64,000 nucleotides of DNA from Macrostomum hystrix. Lineage: Eukaryota > Animalia > Platyhelminthes. Position numbers and translations under genes: made by a program. Under the pieces are notes generated by a model. The model was not told where the DNA came from. It was given only the letters and a program-made list of their open reading frames with translations, and searched no databases. Location: contig CATNEN010000015.1 in assembly GCA_950097015.1 (NCBI GenBank), forward strand, positions 1,302,001 to 1,366,000. Reading direction: 5' to 3'. Below are positions 9,401 through 19,762 of this stretch, in pieces; position 1 is the stretch's first letter; each line of letters opens with the position of its first letter.

Positions 9401-12300
9401 CGCGCTGACAGTCGAGCAGGAGTCGGCCAAGGCTCGCCTAGCTTCCGTCATTAGCGAACGGGACGACATCGACCAGGTGCTGGCGCAGAAAGTCAAGGAG
9501 CTTGAGGAGCTGACCGCCGACCGTGACAGGCTGGCTCGAACGGTGGAGGAGCAGCGGGAGAGGTACAAGCGGGTGCAGGAGGTTGCCAGGAAGTACAAGC
9601 AGGAGGCCGTGGACCTGCGCACAGGCAAGGACGGCGGCGATACTGAGGTGGCTCGGCTTCGGGAGCGGGTGAGCTGGCTGACATTGGCCTAATAATGATA
9701 ATAATAATAATAATTGCAGGAGGGCTGCGGGCAATGGCACACATCATTTGGTGACACTAGACCCGCAGCCAACGAGAAGGCAATTCTGCCACTCCTGAGC
9801 ACACACGCACACAGATGCTGTACGCAGGCACGCACTCAAACATGTGTGCACATCTGCCCTGACTCTCTCATCGTCAGGCAGTGTACGATCTCACTGTGCT
9901 TTGAAGGTTGCCCTTCATTGGCCTAAATTTCACGACAAGCCCCCAAGTAAATGTGACCTCGAACTTAGGGGCCTTGGAGCGAGAGGCAAATGCGTTAGAC
10001 CACTCTGCCGCCGACCCCTGGTGACGGCTTCCATGGTCATTGTCTAGGAACCAGTTGTCTGAGAATCCGCGCATCCCCGCCCTAACCCCGCAGGTGTCAG
10101 AGATGGAGGCCGCCGTTAACTCCGCTCGCGCCGAGTCCCAGACCGAAGTCGACCGCTTCAAAGACGAAGCCGCAGAGGCCCGCATGCGCACGGCTGCCAT
10201 TGAGAATCACTCCAAGAAGCTGCAGGCTGACAATGCCGCTCTGCGATCTCGGGTGGCGGAGCTCGAGGCTCAGCTCAAGGAGCTGCAGCAACAGCAGCAA
10301 CAGCAAAAAGTCAGCCTCAAGCGCCCATCTTCAATGCCATCCGGCGACAGAGGAGACGAACAGGCAGGCGACTTGGGTGACGATGATGACGAGTCGACAA
10401 AGCCCAAGCGAGCCCGTCAGGAAACTGACGATGCGGAACCGGAACAGCGCTCCGTCGCACCGAATGTGTTGGAGACAAATCGAGACACCAAGGCAGTAAT
10501 GGAAACTGGTCCGGAAGTTCAGGAAGTTCAGGAAGTTCAGGAAGTTCAGCCTGAGCTTCAGACTGAAGTGGAAGCGCAAATGCAGCCAGCGGAGGAAAAT
10601 CTGGAACAACAAGTTAAAGGCAATGAGGAAACACCAGCTGAGGACGAGCAGCCAGCCGAAGGCGAGGAAGTTGAGCCCGAATCTGAGCAGGAAATCGAGC
10701 AGCAGGCTGCTGTCGAGGAGGCGGTACAGTCGGTCGACTTCTTCGAAGAAGCCGCAACAGGTGACTTCGCCGAGGACGCAGGTGACTTCATCGAAGCCAA
10801 CGACGCTGAGCAGGCGGATGCTGAGGCCGCTGTGGACGTGATCTGTATTGATGAATCTGTCAGCGTGGAGGATGAGACTGAAGCTGAAGGTCAGAACCAA
10901 ATTGAGGATCTGCAGCAGCAGCAGCAGGAGGAAGATCAGCAGCAGCAGGAGGATGAGCAGCAGGAGGAGGAAGATCAGCAGCAGCAGGAGGAGTATGAGC
11001 AGCAGCAGGAGGATGAGCAGAAGCAGCAGGAGGAGGATGAGCAGCAGCAGGAGGAGGAGGATGAGCAGCAGCAGCAGCAGCAGCAGGAGGAGGATGAGCA
11101 GCAGCAGCAGGAGGAGGAGGATGAGCAGCAGCAGGAGGATGAGCAGCAGCAGGAGGATGAGCAGCAGCAGGAGGATGAGCAGCAACAGGAGGAGGATGAG
11201 CAGAAGCAGCAGGAGGAGGATGAGCAGCAGCAGCAGCAGGAGGCACAACAACATGAAAATTTCGGTGGCGAAGTGTGCTTAACTCCCAGTCAGGCTGATG
11301 ATGCATCGAAGGAGGAAACTCAGCCTTCTACCGACGCGGTAGTTTCGTCGGCCTCCGATACGCTCAAGACAGCTTCGCCGGCTCTTGCAGCTGTCGCTAC
11401 CGTTGGCCTTACTTTACTTAATTGCAGGGGGGCCTGGGGCACTTGACGCACAAGCGCAGGAACGGCATGCCCCCAGGCCGGCGAACTAGGCGGGAGTCGC
11501 CCATCGCGCCATCTAGACCCCTGAACACAGGCACCTCATACACAGCCGCAAGCCAAGCGGGGAAGGGGGCGGCTGCCGGAGTGCCTCTCACCCCAGGCCC
11601 GCACACGCACAGAGCCGACCAAACCAGGGGAGGACTTAGATGCCTGAAGGGTAGGGACGAGAGGACCAAGCCACGCGCGCAGACGGCTGGTGAAACCTCG
11701 CCGCTCAGAGCACGCATGGCTGGTGCACACCCGCCCCACCCCCATACAACGCCTCACACCCGGCCCAACGCACAAACACAAACACAAACAAGCAGGCATG
11801 CAGAAGGCAGGAGCGAAGCTATTATTTCAAGCTTTAATTGCACGAAATATGGTGCACCTCCGCCGGTCGCTACTGTCCATACCCCCCCAACAAGTACCGA
11901 AATTAATCGTGACTTGAAGGGTGAATCGAACTAGCGTCCTTTGGAGTGCGAGGCAGCGACGTTAGCCGCTGACCCCACTCGCCCCTCTACCGTTGGCCAG
12001 TCATCGTCTACTCAACGACCTCGCATTGAGCCGATCGTCTGGTCCTTGTCTTCTGAACCTGGAGCCGCCGCCGCCACCGCACCCGCTTCTGCCGCGCCTT
12101 CACTATCCAGCAGGTCGCTTCCGGCTCCGCGTCGTGCCTGGGGGCAGCAGCAGCAGCATGTTGTGCCCACCATCGCCAGCACCCGGGGCGCCTTTGTCGG
12201 TGGTGCCGGACATCGCGGCAGAGGGCAGCAGCAGCAGGGTGCAACTGGAGTCGCTCGCCGCCAAAGTCGGCTGACCATTCAGCGGAAGCCGCTGCCGTGA
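485..12300 (+). CDS. TPR: Nucleoporin TPR/Megator/Mlp1 homolog, 5'-partial. Exons 485-1085, 1399-1821, 3358-3948, 5248-5813, 6301-6865, 8725-9210, 9312-9668, 10094-11401, 12001-12300 (about 1730 aa in window)
   Basis: Long coiled-coil exons with TPR-like motifs: QVTHLLAEVEAARG, LLTFSDIRQLQQRN, QQRDMYK|LLL, LLMTSLQAVQ, KYQQELLLHAADAQAMQA (TPR/MLP1 domain), YKRVQEVARKYK, then an acidic tail. All junctions are GT-AG and phase-consistent. The acceptors at 8725 and 9312 have nearby in-frame alternatives, and the last intron is a hypothesis (see findings). Confidence 0.9.
1108..1370. repeat. 21-bp tandem minisatellite (TTGCACGGTTCATTCTGTGTG)n, about 12 copies, intronic
   Basis: Unit read directly; lies inside intron 1086-1398. 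Confidence 0.95.
1860..3190. repeat. 21-bp tandem minisatellite (CCTAGGTTTCACCCTCAGTCC)n, about 60 copies, intronic
   Basis: Unit read directly, with CTGAGCCC variants; lies inside intron 1822-3357. Confidence 0.95.
4430..4720 (-). mobile_element. Degenerate interspersed repeat, probable DNA-transposon remnant; related copies at 35990-36300 (-) and 40660-40760 (+)
   Basis: Shared blocks such as GCTGATAAAGTTT-AAGG, TCTGAAG-GCTGGCGACTT and CAGAAGATGCGCAA occur at three loci; no intact ORF. Confidence 0.45.
4882..5241 (+). mobile_element. tRNA-derived SINE (family A), full length
   Basis: Pol III A box GGTGGCAGAGCGG, B box GTTCGATTCC, (ATT)n tail; homologous copies at 5920-6170, 9690-10018 and 52118-52430. 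Confidence 0.85.
5920..6170 (+). mobile_element. Older 5'-degraded copy of SINE family A
   Basis: Shares TACACTGCCTGA..TGAGAA, GGCAGAATTGCCTC and TGCGGGTCTAGTGTCAC plus a T/A tail with 4882-5241. Confidence 0.7.
6870..7930 (-). mobile_element. Degenerate mariner (Tc1/mariner, DD34D-type) transposase remnant in a TPR intron
   Basis: HTH-like TCEELAEEVGVTVGSIYTI, KWVPHLLT, IVAGNETWIYSWDPET (first catalytic D changed to N), LHDNAPAH and HPPYS motifs; stops and frameshifts; no matching TIR pair found. Confidence 0.88.
8120..8530. repeat. 16-bp tandem minisatellite (CTCCCCTGTCTCATCT)n, about 25 copies, intronic
   Basis: Unit read directly. Confidence 0.95.
9690..10018 (-). mobile_element. SINE family A, antisense, filling most of TPR intron 9669-10093
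   Basis: Reverse complement of 4882-5241: (AAT)n at 9690, head GGGGTCGGCGGCAGAGTGG ending at 10018. Confidence 0.85.
11409..11986 (-). mobile_element. tRNA-derived SINE (family B, 578 bp) inserted in the TPR terminal coding region with a 12-bp TSD
   Basis: TSD CTACCGTTGGCC at 11397-11408 and 11987-11998. Minus-strand head GGGGCGAGTGGGGTCAGCGG...GTTCGATTC; 3' tail TTAAGTAAAGTAA. Confidence 0.8.
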
Positions 12301-12784
12301 CCAAAGCAATGTCTTGATACCAAAATCTTATCCCAGTTCTAGTTTTAGAAGTTCCCAAAGAAGATACCTCCTGTGTTGTCTTATTAGGTCTGACTGTAAC
12401 AACACCGGTTCTGCCATATTCAACAATCCTTCAAAAAGTGCCATCAGTTAGTATAAATAATGCCATTTTTCCTAAAGCAACACAATTATCCCAATGCCTA
12501 ATCTGTTCGCATTTACGTTAATAATGAAAGCAGCCCATCTTATTATTATAATTTATTGATTCTATTTGATCCCGTACTGCTCCCTAGGATTCGTATATTG
12601 CTGCCATCATGAGCTGTTTAGCATTCTTCTATAAATAATTGTTCAACTGGGTGTGTTTGCCAACATACTTGCATATTAAAGTGCAAATGCCTGTGAATCT
12701 TATTCAACTTATCTTATTATTTTTTGTCAGATCTTTTTCGTTATTTGTCTGTTATCAGCGATCCCTTTCTTACCACACAGTCTC

Positions 12785-13345
12785 AGATTCCTGATTCAGG
12801 CATTCCTTATCCCATGCTCAAGCATTCCTGATCCCATGCTCAGGTATTCCTGATCCCATGCTCAGGCATTTCTGATCCCATGCTCAGACATTCCTTATCC
12901 CATGCTCAGGTATTCCTGATCCCATGCTCAGGTATTCCTTATCCCATGCTCAGGGATTTCTGATCCCATGCTCAGGCATTCCTGATCCCATGCTCAGGTA
13001 TTCCTTATCCCATGCTCAGGTATTCCTTATCCCATGCTCAGGCATTCCTTATCCCATGCTCAGGCATTTCTGATCCCATGCTCAGGTATTCCTGATCCCA
13101 TGCTCAAGCATTCCTGATCCCATGCTCAGGTATTCCTGATCCCATGCTCAGGTATTCCTGATCCCATGCTCAGGTATTCCTGATCCCATGCTCAGGTATT
13201 CCTGATCCCATGCTCAGGCATTTCTGATCCCATGCTCAGACATTCCTTATCCCATGCTCAGGTATTCCTGATCCCATGCTCAGGTATTCCTGATCCCATG
13301 CTCAGGGATTTCTGATCCCATGCTCAAGCATTTCTGATCCCATGC
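12785..13345. repeat. 22-bp tandem minisatellite (TATTCCTGATCCCATGCTCAGG)n, about 25 copies
   Basis: Period of 22 measured directly (12901 to 12923). Confidence 0.95.
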
Positions 13346-13464
13346 CCAGGAATGCAGCTACACTAGTCTAGTATTGACCTCCTCAGTTGCAGTTCCATAG
13401 CCAAGTGCAGACCCAACAGAGGTTGTCATGGCAACACCAGTGAAACCCAATCGCTAACCCGCAG

Positions 13465-14772
13465 CTTACCGCAGCGATCCCAGCAGCCGCAGCTCCAGTG
13501 AGCGGCTGCAGCGAGCCGCCGGCCGCAGCCCCGGCTGCAGTGGTGGAGCCGGAGGAGCCAGACTTCACCAGCGCGGTGCCCGACAGGCTGAAGTGTCCGA
13601 TCTGTCTGGGCCATCTCAAAGCCCCGCTGCAAACCTGCTGCGGCCACCGCTTCTGCCGCGGCTGCTTTTTCTCGGCTGCGGCAGCCACAGTCAGCACCCC
13701 GTCAGCTGCGTCGGCAGTTCAGCATCCCCAGCTGCACCATCACCAGCACCAATTCCAGCAGCCCTTGCCAGCCACTGCCGCAGCCGCAGCCGCCGCAGCA
13801 GCTGCCGTGCCCTCCTCGATACTCAGCACCCGCCGGGCATGTCCGCTGTGTCGCTCGCCGATTCTCGACGTCGGACCGTCTGCCGCCGGTCGCGGTGGCC
13901 TGACAGCTGGCGTATTCAACGATCTGGCCACTGAACGAGAAGTTCAACAGCTAACTGTGCGCTGCCCGCGGCCCGGCTGTGATGCCACCATGGAGCTGGG
14001 CGGACTGAGAGCTCACCTATCCAGCAACTGCCAGTTTGTGGAGGAGACCTGCCCAGAGCAGTGCCAGGTAATAAATGCACTTATTTCACACTTCATTGTC
14101 AATTGCACACTGCCGCCAATGTACACTTACTGAATAAACATTGTCAAGTACATACACCGAATGTACATTGCCCTAGATGTACACTGACCCGAACCCAACC
14201 TCTGTCTCCGGCAGTCGCGCGTCCGCCGCTGCGACCTGGCCGCTCACCGCACCGCCTGCCGCGACCGCCAAGTGGCCTGCCTATTCTGCTCCACCTGTGT
14301 GCCCTATCGCCAGCTGAACTTTCACTACCTGTTCGGCTGCTCCAACTTCCCCATGCCCTGCCCCCACCGCTGCGGCCGCGTGCTGGCCGGCCACCAGCGC
14401 CTTCAGGAACACCTGGACCGCGCCTGCCCGCTCACCCTCGTCCTCTGCCCGTTCGCCAGCTTCGGCTGCGCCGCGGCGAGCCGGCATCGGCGGGACCTCG
14501 GCCGCCACGTGGCTGAGGCGCACAGCTATCACTTGCAGTTGCTGTGGCAGCAGCAGCAGCAGCAGCAAGTGCAGCCTCTACAACAGCAGCAACAGCAGCA
14601 GCAGCGAGCCACCACTGCTGATTTGAATTGCATGCTGGACAAGCTGGTGGTGAACCTTCAACAACAGCCACTTCCATCGCAGCAGCAGCAGCAGCAGCTG
14701 TTTGCTGCTCAGCAGCAGCAAGCCCTGAGAAATCTGCTCTACCAGCAGCAGCAGTTCCAGCCAAGGCGTTGA
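13465..14772 (+). CDS. TRAF6-like RING plus TRAF-type zinc-finger protein with polyQ tail; exons about 13465-14067 and 14215-14772; start codon probably in an unidentified upstream exon; no MATH domain seen
   Basis: RING CPICLGHLKAPLQTCCGHRFCRGC...CPLC, then EREVQQLTVRCP..GC...MEL...H..NC and successive TRAF zinc fingers ending CPFASFGC...HRRDLGRHV...HLQLL. Phase-0 intron 14068-14214 (GT-AG). Confidence 0.85.
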
Positions 14773-16289
14773 TCTTCATCAGATGGGATCAACTGGAATG
14801 AGGATTTAAAACTGTGCCGGGGCTGGGGATTCGCTTGCGCATTATCAATGCCAGTTTCCTTTGTTTTAGCCTGGCTTCTGTGTTGTATTTTTCATTAGTC
14901 AGCGTCAACTAGAGTTTATGGGCTTGTGTTTGCAATTTTACAGCTTTTACCTGTGCTTCAACGGATTAGCATCAACGGAGAGACGGACTGAGAATATGGA
15001 CTCAATCCGATATCTGAAATCACTATCTGATCTATCTGAAAGCAATGATCAGCTCACCCAGCTAATCTCTCTCTGTCTCTCCGCCAATTATAATTGGTTG
15101 CTACGCGGTCTCCAGGACTATTGTGCAGTGTTTTGTGTCCCAACTCTGGCCAATGGTTTCCGCCTTATTTAGCTTACTCAATAGTTTTGCGGCTACTCAC
15201 AGCAGGTGTTCGATTCCTCACCCTGAGCTGAGCCAGCTGCTGCTGCTGCTGTTTCTCACCCCCGCTTAGCAATCCACTTATTTACAGGCTCTGCATCACT
15301 TCATTAACTGTAGTATTAAGGAAGGCTCTATTGTTGATTTTATTGTTGCCATGCAAGACTCTCATTGCAAGCATGCTTCTTATTCATTAATATGCTGCTA
15401 TCTGTGGTTTCCTTTAGCTTGCTGATTTTAGTTGCGCAACACCTGTTTCTGAATGCCTCATAAAGTGTCTGGTTGCGCTTTCCTCTCCGTGTCTAGCTGA
15501 GTCTCAGAATGGTCTTTGTCACTCTCTATCCGCTACCCCAGCTGCCTGCTTGGGCCTCAGGTGTTTGCGACTTTGATTAATTATCCGAATACTTTCCTTG
15601 ATTATCGATTTTAGACTTTGTAGTAATGACAGTTTTATTGGAACTCGCAAACCACCCGCCTAGCCTACTTACTCCTCCATTGGTGAGTAGTGTGACGCGG
15701 CTTTTATTGTCTATTCATTCTCAGCGCGACAGAATGGGAATCATTTTTTCACTTCGGTGCAGTGTTTCAATCAACTGTGTAGCGTCTGTCTGCTGATTAG
15801 TGATATTTTAGCCTGTGCTTTATCGATTTGACATAACAGTTTTACTCCATTTTACTACTTATATTAGTAGCTAACAACCTGTAAGCCGTGTGTAATTCTA
15901 GTTATTGTGTAGCCATTAAGTTTTTAGGCCTTGTATTTTATCTTCTGGTTAGGTCTTCTGTGTGCGCATCGATATTGTCGGTTTTGTTTTACTCAATACC
16001 TTTGTGTATTTTAACTGTGCGTTCGGAGACCTGAGAAATGAATTGGCATCATACTACTGCTGTTTGCGGTGAGTAGTAGGATAAGTGTAGCTTATCACCA
16101 GCTTTCCTCAGCGCTTTGGCAGCTGGATCAGTTTATTGGCAGCATTGGATTTCTGATAGACTTTGATTACTGATTTTCCACTCTACCTACTGAGCCTCAG
16201 TAGCGTGATGCGCGTGATTGTCGGTTTTAATCAAGACGTCATGAGTATTAGCGTCATGACGGTATTAGCGTCATGAGCGGTCGATGTGC

Positions 16290-16864
16290 TGTAAGACGCT
16301 GGTTTGTCAGGTAGCATGCACATAAAACGCGAAGAGCCGTACTGGCTTGCTTTGTTGGCCAGAAACACTGGGGTGGGTGTACCCACCCCCAATCACGCCA
16401 CGCAACCACGCACGCAGGCGTGTACGCTCTACCCGCCGCAGTGTACATGTAGAAAAAATGAAGTCTGTTAATACTTTGAGTCGATAGGTCAGTAAAAACA
16501 AAGACATGTCGGCCTTGCCTCGGGCCTTTCTGAATATTATATTATTTGAAAGGCTAGGGCAGAAAGGGGGGTCCACAGCGAGGAGAGACAAATGATGGTA
16601 TGAAAACCCTGGAGGGATGTACAATGGGGTTAACAGGCGATAACGCGCGCAGGGGGAAGGAAAACAAAATTGGTGCTGACGCTAGACTGGAGGGAGACAG
16701 ATGAAATGGACACGAGGGAAAATCGATAATAGATAGAAAGGGCGGGGCTGGCAGGTAAGAAAAAATATATTACCACACGGGTGAACAGAGAACAGGATTG
16801 GCTAATAATAACTCACGATTTTCGCGACAGTACACTGCGGGCCGAGAACTCTAAGCTGCTTACA
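16290..16864. mobile_element. Solo LTR (575 bp) with 4-bp TSD GTGC
   Basis: Termini TGTAAG...CTTACA, TSD at 16286-16289 and 16865-16868. The empty site ATGTGCAATTAAATGC is present in the paralogous flank near 62680. Confidence 0.85.
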
Positions 16865-17354
16865 GTGCAATTAAATGCTCAGACTAATGAGTTCCAGGTG
16901 GCCTGAGCAGGCTTTTATTTCAGAAGGGCAGAGTTCCTTACTCACAGCTAAAGAAGGACTCTCATATGATACAGGTTTCCATTTTATTGGGCTTTCTCAC
17001 AAGACGTGAGCTACTTCATTGTATTGTTCGCTAACTTCGGTTTCGAGCTGTCTTCGAAAGTCTTAAATCTCATTAAAACAAACGGATTATTGAGCAGGGT
17101 GAGCACAGAGTTAAATATATTTACTCCGATCTTACTGAATTAACCATGCAATATAATCAATTCACAAGTTTAATTGTGCATTCAGCAAGCAGAATAAACA
17201 TGGATTTTTTCTGAATATTATTGCAGCTATTTACTTGTTTCAGATAAGGCTGGTGAATATATTGTTACAGCACAGTGGAAATTGAGTTGCCACTGGCTGA
17301 AGCGGAGAAGTTCAGTTTTCTGCAGTCCATGGCTGATTCCTCAGCTGCTGCTGA

Positions 17355-19762
17355 TCACAGCTCCAGCAGAAGACTCACTGAGCGGAGAGTCAACACCTGG
17401 CGGAAGTTGTTGTACCATACCATGTTTGGTGTCTTTCTTTGGGGGAAGAGTCCGTTAGGATTGAGATTGAAGTAATTGCAATCGTTGAACCACCACCCAC
17501 CTGCCTGAAAAACATTCGGGCACGATATGTTGGCTCTGTCATTGTCCATGGTGGAGAAGCCTCCTCCTTTGCTCCTCTTCATAGCATCAAATCCGACACT
17601 GGACCTGTTCGTCAGCATCTCTCGGTACGTCATCTCATATTTGTTGCTGGCGTCTCCAACCTGGAACCCAGCATACTCAGCATGCAGCTCAGTCCCATCC
17701 CACAGCTTCATCTCCACTCTGAGTGTGGCACCGCCTGTGCTCAGCGAGTGGATGGCGGAGAGACCTGCGGGGTCGGACAGATGTGAATGGCCAGATTCAG
17801 CTGAAAATCTATAAATTGATTTGCTGTGAAACTGTTTGCAGGTAATAAATAATATATCGAGCTAAAATATAATTTGAATTGTGAAAACTCTAGCCTTAAA
17901 TGAAAGGCAACTGCGAGAAATTCACTATTTTATTTACTTACGCGCGCTTAGCTCATCAAGCCCTACACTTCTCGCATCGTTTAATTATTGACAATTCTTT
18001 CAAGATGTTAACAAAAGTCAGACTTTTTTACCGTCTCAGCAGTCTAACTTGCATCACCCTCACATTAGATCCGCAATTCCCAATATTCTTAAGCCTCCAA
18101 CTCCCAACACCCGGCATCTCTCGTTCAGTCCTTGAAGGCTAACGAGACTAAAATCAGCTGTCTGACCTGTCCAGAAGTCGGAGTTGTCGCCGAAGCCAGT
18201 CTCGTACTCAGTCCAGTTGCGCTGGAAGCTCACAGTCCCAGTGAGTCGCTGCTGAATCTTTACGAAGCATCTGCCGTCACGCCTGACTAGAAGCGCTTCA
18301 GTTTCAGAGATCGGACCACAGTTAGTAGTGCAGCACAGCTTGAGGCACTGCTTGAGACTTGAGCAGCTCACTGCTCTCGTGGATGGCTTCATTCGCCAGG
18401 GCAATAATTCGACACTCGATTCAACGCTGCAGTTGTCGGGTAAGAGAAAAGTCGCTCGCCATTTCGTGTGACGCCAGAAATCGGCTGGCTCCGACTCCAG
18501 CGATGATCTGAAACCAGAGGAAAGCTTACTGGCTTTAACGTAAAATAATTAAGTTACTAGCGTTTGACATTGCTATTTGAGCTTAACAAAAGAAGTCTTA
18601 GAAAGTTCCAGTACCTCAACCCGCGGCATTGTTCCAAAGTTTGGCAATGCACAAGCAGCTGTGCAGTCTTCCAGTCTGCCGACACCATCAGTGAACCAAT
18701 TAAGAAGCGAGAACTCAAGACCGAGCTCACAATGCTCTGAGCACTCCACAGTTTCATGAAGGTGACCGAGCGAGGATACAGATCAGCCAGCTGAGACTTC
18801 ACTGCTTCCAGTGTGGCCTCATCTTGCAGTACTACATCCAGCTTGAGGTAGTACATGCTACGGCTGTAGTCATACATGACTGACTCGCTGCTCAAGCTGC
18901 TGATGTTGTGGCAGAGCAGAGGCTCGATGACTAGGTAGCCCTTTTTGTCGAGTCTCTGATGCACTCGAGCAGTGCAGTTCCCGAGATTGATCGAGCGAAC
19001 GAAACGCAGTGGACGACACGAGGAAATGTTGTACCGGCGTCTGTTCAGTTCTGGCTCAAAGAAGATGTCATTCTTTTGCAACACATTATAGCTGAAACTG
19101 TGGCAGTCTCCGTTCGCCACAATGGATGCTGAGAGCCGCACTCGAGATAAAGCAAGTCGTGGATTTGAGCTGATGTTTGAGCTGAAGACCACATGTGGCT
19201 CGATTGATTGCAGAAATCGCATTGACGAAAATCCCTGCAGCCACGTGTCATAGGAGGCTCTGTAGGCACTGCTGTCGCTGCCAGGGCGTTCTTTGAATCC
19301 GAGTCTCAGAGTTGCGATGGGTTCGTCAGGACTCCACAAGAGTCCAACACCAACTATTGATGAGTTGGGGTCAAACGAGAGGCTAATGTCTCTGACTGCC
19401 GCAAAACTCACAGACCTCGGTGACAGATGCCTGAGCTGACGTTGAACCTCTTCAAGCATGTTGGCATCCCTCAGGACAACAGGCACACTCACGTACAGCT
19501 GTTGAGTGACTGGGTCGAGTCTCAGAAGCAATCTTTCAAGCCTGTCCGTCACGCACATGACCGGCTCGACTGCCAAGTGAGGACCGTCGCTCGCTCCCGT
19601 GTCGTGCACGAACAGCGCGCAGCCGTTCACATTGAGCTGGGCGACGAAGCGGAGCTTCGGTGAGCCTGTGGCTGCGCACTGTGAGACCTGGCCAGCTGCC
19701 AGCGAGCAGAGCAGCAGAGCCAGCGCTGCAGTTTCCACAACTTGCACACTGAAGGATTTCAT
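17355..19762 (-). CDS. Secreted fibrinogen-related protein, copy A: signal peptide, two copies of an unrecognised domain, C-terminal FReD; exons 19762-18615, 18507-18167, 17764-17355 (632 aa)
   Basis: Hydrophobic N-terminus AALALLLCSLAAG. FReD motifs IQQR..G.VSFQRNW.EY..GFG, FWTG|LSAIH.L...LRVE, FSTMDND, GGWWFNDC...NPNG. Spliced length 1899 nt, in frame, GT-AG junctions. Confidence 0.85.

Noticed and set aside
10331-11306. Antisense poly-Leu and Pro/Ala ORFs
   Set aside because: They are shadows of the CAG/GAG-rich TPR exon on the opposite strand.
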